This document shows positions 1-8,523 of a stretch of DNA of 34,314 nt, piece after piece. Source of the DNA: an uncultured Actinomycetes bacterium (lineage in GTDB: Bacteria; Actinomycetota; Actinomycetes; Nanopelagicales; Nanopelagicaceae); assembly GCA_903922325.1 (NCBI GenBank), contig CAIXTG010000180.1:1-34314 (forward strand), in the 5' to 3' direction. A model generated the notes under the pieces. The model was not told where the DNA came from, did not search any database, and saw only the letters and a program-made list of their open reading frames with translations. The stretch's first letter is position 1. Each line of letters opens with the position of its first letter. The position numbers were made by a program, and so were the translations under genes.

Positions 1-1
1 A

Positions 2-421
2 CATATTGGCTTAATTCTGGTTTACGCATCGGGTGCATTACCTGCCGCAATTTTTATCATGGCTGGTTTCTTTAGATCACTGCCTGCCGATATTGATAGC
101 GCCGCTCGTATCGATGGGGCTTCTGAATTTCAGCTACTGCGATTAGTTCTAGCGCCATTGGTGCGACCAGGTTTGGCAATCGTGGCGATTTATTCAGCGA
201 TTCCGATCTGGAATGACTTCTTCTTGCCGCTGGTATTCCTACAAAGTCCTGAGAAAAAGACGATTATGCAAGGTCTAACAGTCTTCTTTGGTGAGTATTC
301 CTCGCAATGGGGCGTGCTCTTCGCTGGCCTAACCATGGCGGCATTACCACTGATCATTTTGTACCTGTTGCTCTCGGAACAATTTATTAAGGGACTTACT
401 GCCGGAGCTGTGAAAGGCTAG
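2..421 (+). CDS. Carbohydrate ABC transporter permease (MalG-like), 5' truncated by window edge
   Basis: Frame is open from position 2 (HIGLILVYASGALPAAIFIM...). EAA-like loop DIDSAARIDGASEFQ, WNDFFLPLVFL and C-terminal FIKGLTAGAVKG are typical of CUT1 permeases. Confidence 0.92.
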   Translation, partial: HIGLILVYASGALPAAIFIMAGFFRSLPADIDSAARIDGASEFQLLRLVLAPLVRPGLAIVAIYSAIPIWNDFFLPLVFLQSPEKKTIMQGLTVFFGEYSSQWGVLFAGLTMAALPLIILYLLLSEQFIKGLTAGAVKG

Positions 422-425
422 GGGT

Positions 426-1304
426 ATGAGCTACTTAGGAATAGACGCTGGTGCGACCGCTACAAAATGGGCTTTATATGACGGTGCACAGATTGTGGCT
501 TCTGGTAAATGTGCGGCAATGGATGGACATATTTACCGAAGCGAATCTGAAAATCGCGTTAACGAGGTTTTGACCGAAATATCGGCGGCAGTAAATGGCG
601 CTGATATCAAAGGTGTATTTGCTGGCATTACTGGCGCTGCCTCTGAAGATAGCGCAACTGATCGGCTAGGCCAGATTTTTCACAATTATTTCCCAAATGC
701 AAAAGTTCGCATCGTCCATGACATTGAGTTAGCGTACTACGCAAACTTTGAAGTTGGCGAAGGAATTTTGCTCTACGCCGGTACCGGTTCGATTGCAATG
801 TATATCGACGATGAAGCTGGCCCAGTTCGCGCCGGTGGCTGGGGATATTTGTTAGGCGATGAAGGTGCGGCATTTTGGATTGGTCGTGAATCAATTCGCT
901 GGGTGTTAGCAGGGCTAGATACTGGTGAAGAAGTTGAACCGGATTCATTGAGTGACGTGATCTTGAAGCAGATTGGTGCCACAAATTGGGATGGCATAAA
1001 AGAATTTGTATATTCCAATGAACGTTCTGAGATCGCAAAACTTGCTGCAACTGTAGGTCACCTCGCAGATTCTGGAAATGCTGATGCACAAGGAATTATT
1101 TACGAGGCAAGTCAGTTCTTAATTGCTTTGGTGCATCAGCTCGATACTCAAATAGATAATGCGCCGCGCATTGTGATAGCCGGGGGAGTCTGCCAAGAAG
1201 GTTCGTTTATGGCGAAAGCTCTTCATTCGTTCTTTAGTGAGCGAATTAGTATTTCTGATTGCGATATCGCTCAGCGTGCAGCTGAATTAGCCCAAGACAT
1301 TTAG
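426..1304 (+). CDS. BadF/BadG/BcrA/BcrD-family ATPase, probable N-acetylglucosamine or amino-sugar kinase
   Basis: N-terminal LGIDAGATAT phosphate-1 motif, AGTGSIA, and RAGGWGYLLGDEGAAFWIG signature. Lies 4 bp after the sugar permease. Confidence 0.85.
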   Translation: MSYLGIDAGATATKWALYDGAQIVASGKCAAMDGHIYRSESENRVNEVLTEISAAVNGADIKGVFAGITGAASEDSATDRLGQIFHNYFPNAKVRIVHDIELAYYANFEVGEGILLYAGTGSIAMYIDDEAGPVRAGGWGYLLGDEGAAFWIGRESIRWVLAGLDTGEEVEPDSLSDVILKQIGATNWDGIKEFVYSNERSEIAKLAATVGHLADSGNADAQGIIYEASQFLIALVHQLDTQIDNAPRIVIAGGVCQEGSFMAKALHSFFSERISISDCDIAQRAAELAQDI

Positions 1305-2669
1305 CTACTCAGCTATTTTTACGCGCTGCAGCGCTTGATCTAACCTAGAAACTTCGTAAATCTCCATGCCGGCAATTTTCACGTCGGAACCAACTGGCAC
1401 AAGCGCGCGCTTGAAACCTAAGCGATGGGCTTCGGCTAACCGGCGCGATACACCGCTGACTTTGCGGATTTCACCAGCAAGCCCGACTTCGCCAATTGCC
1501 ACTAAATCAGCAGGTAAAGCAAGGGCTTTAGCCGCTGATGCTACGGCTAGCGCAAGTGCTAAATCAGCGGCAGGCTCGGACATTTTCATGCCACCGACTG
1601 TGGCGGCATAGACATCGCGACCACCTATGCGCACATTTGCGCGAAGTTCTAACACTGCAAGCGTCATCGAAGTGCGAGCTGAATCTAGCCCGCTGGTCAC
1701 GCGACGGGCATTTCCGAAATCATTTTCGCGTCCTTGTGAAACTAACGCCTGAATTTCAGCCAAGAGTGGCCGGCGACCTTCGAGCGTAACGGTTACGCAA
1801 GTACCAGGAACTGGTTCGGCATGACGTGAAGTAAATAAACCAGTTGGATCGAGAACACTTTCAATGCCAGTATCGCTTAAATCGAAACAACCGACTTCAT
1901 CGCTTGCTCCAAAACGATTCTTTATTGCACGGATTAAACGCAATCGGGAGTGACGTTCGCCTTCGAATTGCAAAACTACATCAACAATATGTTCGAGCAT
2001 GCGCGGGCCAGCAATTGAACCATCTTTAGTTACATGGCCAACTAGCAGCAAAGTAATATCGCGATCTTTACAGATACGAATAAGTGCGCCGGCAACTTCG
2101 CGCACTTGCGTTACGCCACCAGGTGCACCATCGGCAGCACTCGAACCAATAGTTTGAATTGAATCGATAATCAATAGTTGTGGTTTAACTTCATCAATAT
2201 GTGTGATTACAGCGCCTAAATCAGTTTCAGAGGCAAGCCATAACTTTGGATCAATGGCATTAATGCGTTCGGCACGCAAACGAACTTGGGACGCAGATTC
2301 TTCACCACTTATGTAAAGGGCTGGAATATTATTTTTTGCGGTCTGTGCTGCAACTGAAAGCAAGAGGGTTGATTTTCCGACACCAGGTTCGCCAGCTAAT
2401 AAAATTGCGGCTCCGGGAACTAAGCCACCACCTAGTACGCGATCGAGTTCAGATACCCCAGTTGGTTTGGCACTGGCAGCAGATAAATCAACATCACCAA
2501 TTGGAGTTGCTGAATGTGTTACGCGACCAGCAACTAGCGAAAGTTTTTTAGGTGCGGCAATTTCTTCAACGCTGCCCCAAGCCTGACATTCACCGCAGCG
2601 GCCAACCCATTTCTGCGAAGTCCAGCCACATTCGGCGCACTTGAAGGGGTCTTTTTCTACCTTGGCCAT
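1305..2669 (-). CDS. radA: DNA repair protein RadA/Sms
   Basis: C4 zinc finger CAECG...GRCGEC, Walker A GEPGVGKST, Walker B IIDSIQ, KNRFG motif, Lon-like C-terminal domain (GEVGLAGEIR). Confidence 0.98.
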   Translation of the reverse strand: MAKVEKDPFKCAECGWTSQKWVGRCGECQAWGSVEEIAAPKKLSLVAGRVTHSATPIGDVDLSAASAKPTGVSELDRVLGGGLVPGAAILLAGEPGVGKSTLLLSVAAQTAKNNIPALYISGEESASQVRLRAERINAIDPKLWLASETDLGAVITHIDEVKPQLLIIDSIQTIGSSAADGAPGGVTQVREVAGALIRICKDRDITLLLVGHVTKDGSIAGPRMLEHIVDVVLQFEGERHSRLRLIRAIKNRFGASDEVGCFDLSDTGIESVLDPTGLFTSRHAEPVPGTCVTVTLEGRRPLLAEIQALVSQGRENDFGNARRVTSGLDSARTSMTLAVLELRANVRIGGRDVYAATVGGMKMSEPAADLALALAVASAAKALALPADLVAIGEVGLAGEIRKVSGVSRRLAEAHRLGFKRALVPVGSDVKIAGMEIYEVSRLDQALQRVKIAE

Positions 2670-2697
2670 AACTAAACCCTAGATGCTAGGACTGACT
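2670..2697 (-). promoter_or_regulatory. Leaderless radA promoter with a PafBC/RecA-NDp-like upstream element
   Basis: Minus strand reads AGTCAG-TCCTAGCATC(10 nt)-TAGGGT-TTAGTT-ATG. The mycobacterial consensus is TGTC(G/A)G-N10-TANNNT. Confidence 0.5.
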
Positions 2698-3510
2698 TTT
2701 TTCTTTCTGCGCCAACAAAGTTGCTGGATGTTGAATAACGAATAGCGGTAATGAACGTGCTTGCGCCGCTCTAATTCCTTCAACACGTGCATCGCAGAGC
2801 TTGGCCAGAATGTCGTAGGCAGGTTGCCCCATGAGAGCAACTAACTCTGCACGATTAGAGAGATAAACCGGTTGGGTTCCGACATGGGCATCTGAGTTAC
2901 TAGTGCAGTACCAATCAAAATCTTCGCCGCCATCGCCCCAAGCAAGTCGCTCATATTCGCCCAGCACGGTAACTGAATAGGTTCGCTCGCCAACTTCGCG
3001 TGATTCAAAAGATCGACGCATCGGTAATTGCCAACAAACATCTGGCTTAGTATCAACAAAATGTTTATTTTCTTTTTGCGCTAAATGATGTAGTACGCAA
3101 CCAAAAGATCCGGTGAAGCCCGGAGCTTCGTAACCTTTACGGTTTAAGAAGACACAAGATTCTTCAACTACTCGGGTTTTGCGTTCGTTATCTTCATCGG
3201 TCTCAGAAATCTGTAACAAACCACCTGGGGTTTTAGGTTGAGCTTCATCGAAGTACTGCCACATATCTCGAGTTAATAAAGCAGCGGCGCGTTGTGTACG
3301 TGCTTCGTCTTCGGCATCGGAATACATGGCGCCTTCAGTACAGCAGCCATCATTTGGACGATCAGCAAATACACCTTTACAACCATCGCCATAAATACAG
3401 GTCCAGTGTGAAGTTAGCCAAGTGAGATCGCACTTAAAGATCTCTTCGTCATCGTTCGGGTCAATAAACTCGACCCAATCGCGCGCAAAACCTGCTTTAA
3501 CTTCGGACAT
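2686..3510 (-). CDS. Conserved actinobacterial Cys-rich protein (DUF3109-like), probably metal or Fe-S binding
   Basis: Cys pattern WTCIYGDGCKG...DGCCTEGA...CVFLN...GCVLH...KPDVCWQLP...WYCT. Family recognised from memory, not by search. Confidence 0.7.
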   Translation of the reverse strand: MSEVKAGFARDWVEFIDPNDDEEIFKCDLTWLTSHWTCIYGDGCKGVFADRPNDGCCTEGAMYSDAEDEARTQRAAALLTRDMWQYFDEAQPKTPGGLLQISETDEDNERKTRVVEESCVFLNRKGYEAPGFTGSFGCVLHHLAQKENKHFVDTKPDVCWQLPMRRSFESREVGERTYSVTVLGEYERLAWGDGGEDFDWYCTSNSDAHVGTQPVYLSNRAELVALMGQPAYDILAKLCDARVEGIRAAQARSLPLFVIQHPATLLAQKEKSQS

Positions 3511-3559
3511 AGAGGTTGAGCCTATGCGTAATTACCAAAAAGCGCACATCGCGAACAGG

Positions 3560-3571
3560 TACGATTGCGAG
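3560..3571 (+). promoter_or_regulatory. -10 element (TACGAT) for leaderless proC transcript
   Basis: TACGAT at 3560-3565, 6 nt before the ATG, with no Shine-Dalgarno. Confidence 0.6.
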
Positions 3572-4363
3572 ATGAAAACCGCGGTAATAGGTGCTGGAAA
3601 TATGGGCGAAGCGTTAATCGCTGGCCTGATTGCATATGGTGAAACCCCTGCCAATATTGCGGTTTGCGAGAAGCGGGCCGAACGCGCAGCTGAACTAACC
3701 AGCCGATATGCAATTTCGATTGCTGAAATTGCAGATAGCGTGCGCGATGCCGACGCTGTTCTCTTAGTCGTTAAGCCACAAGATATGGCCTCAGTTTTAG
3801 CCGAAGTCGGTACCGCAATTAACCCGGCTGCAGTTGTAGTTAGTTTTGCAGCTGGCAAGAAAATAGATTTCATTACTAATAACTTAGGAAAACCTAACTC
3901 GGTTATTCGCGTAATGCCAAATACCGCAACTATGGTTGGTGCCGGCATGGCCGCTATGTCACTTGGCGCGGGCGTAACACCTGCTCAACACAAATTCGTA
4001 GCTGGGTTTCTAGCCAAGTCGGGTCAAGTTGTTGAAGTCGCCGAAGAGTTACAAGATGCCGTTACGGCTACCAGTGGCTCTGGCCCAGCGTATTTCTTTG
4101 CTTTTGTCGAAGCTATGGTTGCAGGCGCAAAAGAACTTGGTTTAAGTTCCGAAGTTGCTACTCAATTAACAGTTCAAACTTTAGTCGGCGCAGCTAAACT
4201 TTTAGCTGAAAGTGGCAAAACCGCAACCGAACTTCGCGAAAATGTAACTAGCCCTAATGGCACCACTGCGGCTGCCTTGAATTCTTTTACCGAAGGCGAG
4301 CTTTCAAAATTAGTCGCAAAGTCAATGAAAGCAGCGCGCGATCGTTCGATCGAATTAGCTTAA
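3572..4363 (+). CDS. proC: Pyrroline-5-carboxylate reductase
   Basis: MKTAVIGAGNMGEA Rossmann start, VKPQ, RVMPNT, SGSGPAY, VTSPNGTT. Start moved from 3422 to the ATG at 3572, which is preceded by TACGAT-N6 and avoids overlapping the divergent gene. Confidence 0.97.
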   Translation: MKTAVIGAGNMGEALIAGLIAYGETPANIAVCEKRAERAAELTSRYAISIAEIADSVRDADAVLLVVKPQDMASVLAEVGTAINPAAVVVSFAAGKKIDFITNNLGKPNSVIRVMPNTATMVGAGMAAMSLGAGVTPAQHKFVAGFLAKSGQVVEVAEELQDAVTATSGSGPAYFFAFVEAMVAGAKELGLSSEVATQLTVQTLVGAAKLLAESGKTATELRENVTSPNGTTAAALNSFTEGELSKLVAKSMKAARDRSIELA

Positions 4364-5494
4364 ATGTTTCGAAAAATTGCGTTATTACTTAGCGCCTTAC
4401 TAATTGTTTCTAATACTCCGCTAATTGCGGCCCCAGTTGCTCCATTAGCAGTAGTAAAAATGATTCCCGCGGATCAAGATATTGCCGGAATGTTAGTTGG
4501 AGATAGCGCAATCTATTTATTCGGAAATACCCCGACCGGTGGGTATGTAACTGCCCTTAATAAAGATGGTTCGCAGAAATGGTTGCATAGTTTTTCTGAC
4601 TTAAGGGCTTTTACAATTTCAGCTGGCACACTCGATTCCAGTGGAAATATCTGGTTAGCGGGTGCGTCTGCTGCCCCAATCGCAATTGCGGGTGCTGCTA
4701 ACCCATCGCCAACGGCAGCTAATCCAGATGGTGTCGTTATCGGTGATGAAGGCGCAATTCGCCCTGATTTAAATAACTTAACTCTTTGGAAAGTTAGTAG
4801 TGGCGGAACCGGCGCCGGCAGATATGAATTGCCACTTACTGCGCCCGTCTTGCCTACTTCATTAAGTGCTAATAAGAGCGGAATTTCAATAGTTGCATGG
4901 CAATCGGCGGGTTCATTATTTGTAGCGGCGGATTTATCTGGAAAATTTGGAAAACCACTTCGAGTTGGTAAAACAACAACCACATTAGATAAAGTGGTAA
5001 GAAATAGTGACGGCAGCAGCATTCTGCTCGGTAGCAGCACTGAATTATTTTTAGGAAATAAAGCGATTGGCGCTCGTGACGGAGTAATAATCAAAGTTGA
5101 TGCAACGCCCAAAATAGTTCAATCAGTAAGAAGTGGCGAAAAAGGAGCAACACGCAATTGGTCAAGTGCTACGTCTTCACTTTTACTCGGCGGATACCTC
5201 AAGAGCAAAACGACCTCACTTGCCACGATAACTAAGTTTGGAACAACCTTAAAACCAACTTGGTCAGTTCGATATAAAGCAACTTCAAGTGCAGTAGTTG
5301 CTATTGGTTCTAGTACAACTTCCTATGCGGCATATGAAAATAGTGGTGCCGGGTCATTAATGACATTTGATAAAAACGGCAAAGTAACGGCAACTAATTC
5401 ATTCCAAGGTCAACCAATTGCAGTGGAATTCAATAAAACTTTTGGTCTTTTTATATACACGGGGGAAAATATCTACAGTTTTATTACAAAATAA
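4364..5494 (+). CDS. Secreted hypothetical protein, probable beta-propeller
   Basis: Signal peptide MFRKIALLLSALLIVSNTPLIA. Blade-like repeats YVTALNKDGSQKW, DSSGNIWLAG, DGSSILLG, DGVIIKVD, TITKFGTTLKPTW, LMTFDKNGKV. Ser/Thr/Gly rich. Confidence 0.7.
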   Translation: MFRKIALLLSALLIVSNTPLIAAPVAPLAVVKMIPADQDIAGMLVGDSAIYLFGNTPTGGYVTALNKDGSQKWLHSFSDLRAFTISAGTLDSSGNIWLAGASAAPIAIAGAANPSPTAANPDGVVIGDEGAIRPDLNNLTLWKVSSGGTGAGRYELPLTAPVLPTSLSANKSGISIVAWQSAGSLFVAADLSGKFGKPLRVGKTTTTLDKVVRNSDGSSILLGSSTELFLGNKAIGARDGVIIKVDATPKIVQSVRSGEKGATRNWSSATSSLLLGGYLKSKTTSLATITKFGTTLKPTWSVRYKATSSAVVAIGSSTTSYAAYENSGAGSLMTFDKNGKVTATNSFQGQPIAVEFNKTFGLFIYTGENIYSFITK

Positions 5495-5495
5495 T

Positions 5496-7886
5496 TTAGG
5501 CAGCAATAAAAGCAATACGGCGATCTAGGGCTGCCAGCAAGAATCTTTTCTTATCAACTGTAATCAATATCCCATGTCCTGGTTCAACAGTCTGCAGTGA
5601 AGTAACTAAGCGAATCGGATTATTTGGTAGCGCTAGATTCATAGAACAAAGTCGCATCTCGCAGTTCAAGATTAGCTCACCATTTTCCAAAGATAGCCGC
5701 GCACCTGGAGTGCCGTAGCTATCGAGGGTCGCGGTAGCAATATCTTTGGTTTTTCCGACAAAAGTACTTCTGATCTGATTTGGAACTGGCGCAGAATTCG
5801 TGCCAGCAGCAATCCAGACCATTCGGATTCCAGCCTTTTCAGGCGCAATTGCGACATCAAAACCAGCTACCGGTATCCCATTTTCAGCTTTGTCTAAAGT
5901 TGTGTAGCTCCAACTATCTGGCGAGATACCGCTACGAGTTGCGTATCTAACTTCGCCTGAAGTGATATCTCGCTTTTGATTGATAACTAAGACTGAATCG
6001 TAAATTATGTGTGTAGTCGACTTTGTCACGTAAGCGGCTAAGTGAAAAGCTACATCGCCAGTGCTGCGGTTATCAGTTTTACGATCACCATCAATTAGTT
6101 CATAAGCCCACTTAGTAGTGTTAATTCGTTTCGTTGCCCCTAGCAGAATTCCTTGGCTTTCGTCGCGATAGAAAACTGAGACTCCAGCTGGAGTAATTGC
6201 GCAAGCGCTACTAATGCTTACATCACTCGCGGTACGAACCCGATCTGGAATTTCATAGTTCTGAATTGCAGGACCATTGCCATCAACAACCTCAAAAGTG
6301 AAAGTCTTGCCATCGTATTGGGAATATCGAAGATCGCGATCTACCGAATCAGGATAGAAGATATGCAACTTCTGATTTACGCCTACTCCTGAAGTACAAA
6401 GCGAGATATGCCCAGCAATTTTATTCTTGGTTCGTCCGGCGCTACCACCAGCACCATCAACCGTGGTTTTCTTCCAAACTAAACCATTCCAAGTAGCAAT
6501 CCTTAAAGTACCTCTAACGGCGTCAGTAAAAACAATTATTGGCTTGCCATTAAAAGTAGTACTAGCAATATCTCGGCCATCAGTTGTTAAATCCACCGGC
6601 GCAGTTTTCCAACCGGCTTGTGGAACTATTGATTTAGTAACAGCTTCGGCAGATGTTCCTAGTGCGTTTTGAGCGGTCACAGCAAATGAATAAGGAGTGC
6701 CATTTCTAAGGCCGGTAACAACAATGGGACTACTAGTTCCGCTAACAGTCAGCGATGTCTTTAAGTTCTTTACTGTGTAAGAAGTTACCTGTGCTGCACG
6801 CGCATTTGCTGGGGGATCAAAGGTAATAATCGCGCTTTGATTTCCGATTAGCGCTTCAACATTTCGAGGTGCATCAGGAACGCTCACGGCGAGACCAACT
6901 GGTGGTTTTACGCGCATATCTTCCATCATTGCTAATAAAAGTGGTCCAGGCTGGTGGAAAACTTCACCCGCATCAAGATTTGGCGTCATTACCGCATCTG
7001 GGCCACTCTTTGAATATGTGGCTTCATCTAAGTGGCTGACCGATGAACCTGGTTCATAAATCGTGGGTGTATAGAGTTTTATCTTTTCGCCGCCATTAGC
7101 GCGCTTTCCATTTTCACCAATCCAATAAAGTGGAGCGGTTAGAGTTTTTCCTAACTCCAAAGATGGCGTTGGCATATCAGCTAAACGACGTCCATCGGGA
7201 GTTTGAATGTATGCATCAAACGGAGTTGGTTGATCAATGCTGCCGTATCCAAAGAATTTGTCATAAACATCAGTAGATAAGAAACCTAATCCATGTGCAA
7301 CTTCATGCAAAATTACTGATTGCAAGTCGTATTCAGTCGTACGAGGCTTATCGTCACCACGTTGATTCCAATTAGCCGCTGAGTTAACTTGAATAATTAT
7401 TTCGGGATTGTCTCGATCTAAATCTTTTCCAGCAAGTGAATTGGCAAGTGCCGATGGATACCAAAGTGTCGAATCAGGTGCACCTGTAAAACCGGCGAAA
7501 TAACTTCCGGGCCGAGCGCTACCAAGAACATCGCTATTTGCACTTCGACCCCAGGTGGCTGTCACGGTTACTTCGATGGAAGATTTGAAATTTGCCGCCC
7601 AAGTATCAAGTGCTGCTTGTACTTCAGCGCGAGCCCAAATTGGAAATGAGTTATAGGTAACGGCAAACTTTGAAACCTTTTCTATACTTGCCGAAGGTGC
7701 ACTCTTTGATGTTGTTGAATTGACCGCAGGTGCTGAATTTCCAGCAAAGGTATGGCCCCAAACAGTTGATGGCCTAACTCGAACTTGAGCTTGGGCAGTT
7801 GGAGCGAGTAGGGAAGTTGAAATCAACGCAGCCGAAAGAAGAGCGATGCTTAATTTCGCTCTATTTGTACTGAATCTGCCCCACAT
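5496..7886 (-). CDS. Secreted zinc metallopeptidase (HExxHxxGF) with FN3 domain and C-terminal beta-propeller repeats
   Basis: Signal peptide ending APTAQA. HEVAHGLGF at 7281-7307, distal SSVSHLDE and AVMTP. FN3 domain PDAPRNVEA...VTGLRNGTPYSFAVTAQNALG. Repeats of the form LR[IY]x..W/F..[VIL]D. The ATG at 7886 is preferred over the TTG at 7895 because TAGCGT (7895-7900) looks like the -10 box. Confidence 0.8.
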   Translation of the reverse strand: MWGRFSTNRAKLSIALLSAALISTSLLAPTAQAQVRVRPSTVWGHTFAGNSAPAVNSTTSKSAPSASIEKVSKFAVTYNSFPIWARAEVQAALDTWAANFKSSIEVTVTATWGRSANSDVLGSARPGSYFAGFTGAPDSTLWYPSALANSLAGKDLDRDNPEIIIQVNSAANWNQRGDDKPRTTEYDLQSVILHEVAHGLGFLSTDVYDKFFGYGSIDQPTPFDAYIQTPDGRRLADMPTPSLELGKTLTAPLYWIGENGKRANGGEKIKLYTPTIYEPGSSVSHLDEATYSKSGPDAVMTPNLDAGEVFHQPGPLLLAMMEDMRVKPPVGLAVSVPDAPRNVEALIGNQSAIITFDPPANARAAQVTSYTVKNLKTSLTVSGTSSPIVVTGLRNGTPYSFAVTAQNALGTSAEAVTKSIVPQAGWKTAPVDLTTDGRDIASTTFNGKPIIVFTDAVRGTLRIATWNGLVWKKTTVDGAGGSAGRTKNKIAGHISLCTSGVGVNQKLHIFYPDSVDRDLRYSQYDGKTFTFEVVDGNGPAIQNYEIPDRVRTASDVSISSACAITPAGVSVFYRDESQGILLGATKRINTTKWAYELIDGDRKTDNRSTGDVAFHLAAYVTKSTTHIIYDSVLVINQKRDITSGEVRYATRSGISPDSWSYTTLDKAENGIPVAGFDVAIAPEKAGIRMVWIAAGTNSAPVPNQIRSTFVGKTKDIATATLDSYGTPGARLSLENGELILNCEMRLCSMNLALPNNPIRLVTSLQTVEPGHGILITVDKKRFLLAALDRRIAFIAA

Positions 7887-7921
7887 ATTGCGCAACGCTA
7901 TCAGGGTGAGATGATTGCCCC

Positions 7922-8275
7922 ATGACCGCCCAGCCTAAAATTTCCCGTGAAAATAACCCTTCGGAATACTCCGAAGTGCTTAATCGGCTGCGCCAAGAAC
8001 CTGCGATTTCTATGCAGAATTCAGCCGGAAATTCTCGACCAGAACCAACGTTAGATGAAGCTCGTGAAGATTTAGCGCGAGCAATTGGCGAAGTTGCCCA
8101 CTCTATTTTTGCCAAGAAATATGGCCCGATGGTTGCCACCGTTACTAAAACCACTGCCGAAGCAGTTCTAAAGGATCTTGAAAAGAACGCCTATCGCGCC
8201 AAGAATGATGCAACTTTGATTGCACAAGAATTAATTGATCGCGCCATTACAAAAAACCGGGGCAAGAAGAAGTGA
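7922..8275 (+). CDS. Hypothetical protein (predicted helical, basic C-terminus)
   Basis: 117-aa ORF filling the gap. GATGAT-N6-ATG upstream. Stop codon overlaps the next start (GTGA at 8272-8275). No recognised motif. Confidence 0.7.
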   Translation: MTAQPKISRENNPSEYSEVLNRLRQEPAISMQNSAGNSRPEPTLDEAREDLARAIGEVAHSIFAKKYGPMVATVTKTTAEAVLKDLEKNAYRAKNDATLIAQELIDRAITKNRGKKK

Positions 8276-8523
8276 CAGTTGTAACTGTTTACTCTAGAAA
8301 GAACTGCCACCTTTGCGACGTAGCCATTGAATCTTTGGAATCAGTTAAAGTCGAGCTAGATTTCGAGATTGAAAAAATCTACATCGATGGCGATACTGAA
8401 TTAACAAATAAGTATGGCGAAGAAGTACCAGTGATTCACATCGATGGGTTACATCACGATATGTTCAGAGTAGATCTAGAACGCTTTAGATCTTCCCTTG
8501 AAAAACATCGTCAGCATCAATAA
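8272..8523 (+). CDS. Glutaredoxin-like protein (DUF836, Rv0508-like)
   Basis: VTVYSRKNCHLCD (CxxC) and YGEEVPVIHIDG cis-Pro loop; 83 aa. Confidence 0.9.
   Translation: MTVVTVYSRKNCHLCDVAIESLESVKVELDFEIEKIYIDGDTELTNKYGEEVPVIHIDGLHHDMFRVDLERFRSSLEKHRQHQ

Noticed and set aside
628-1089. 153-aa antisense ORF in the sugar kinase, and the many similar 60-150 aa shadow ORFs in the track
   Set aside because: All lie within well-supported genes and show off-frame composition (Arg/Gln/His or Ser/Ala/Pro rich) without motifs.
3422-3571. 50-aa N-terminal extension of ProC in the ORF track
   Set aside because: It overlaps the divergent Cys-rich gene, ProC homology starts at MKTAVIGAG, and a -10 box sits 6 nt before the ATG at 3572.
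4513-5112. 199-aa antisense ORF inside the secreted propeller gene
   Set aside because: Codon-mirror of the sense gene, no recognisable motif and no start signal.
7861-8154. 97-aa minus-strand ORF as an alternative to 7922..8275
   Set aside because: It would run across the divergent promoter region into the metallopeptidase start; the plus ORF has a promoter-like box and stop-start coupling.
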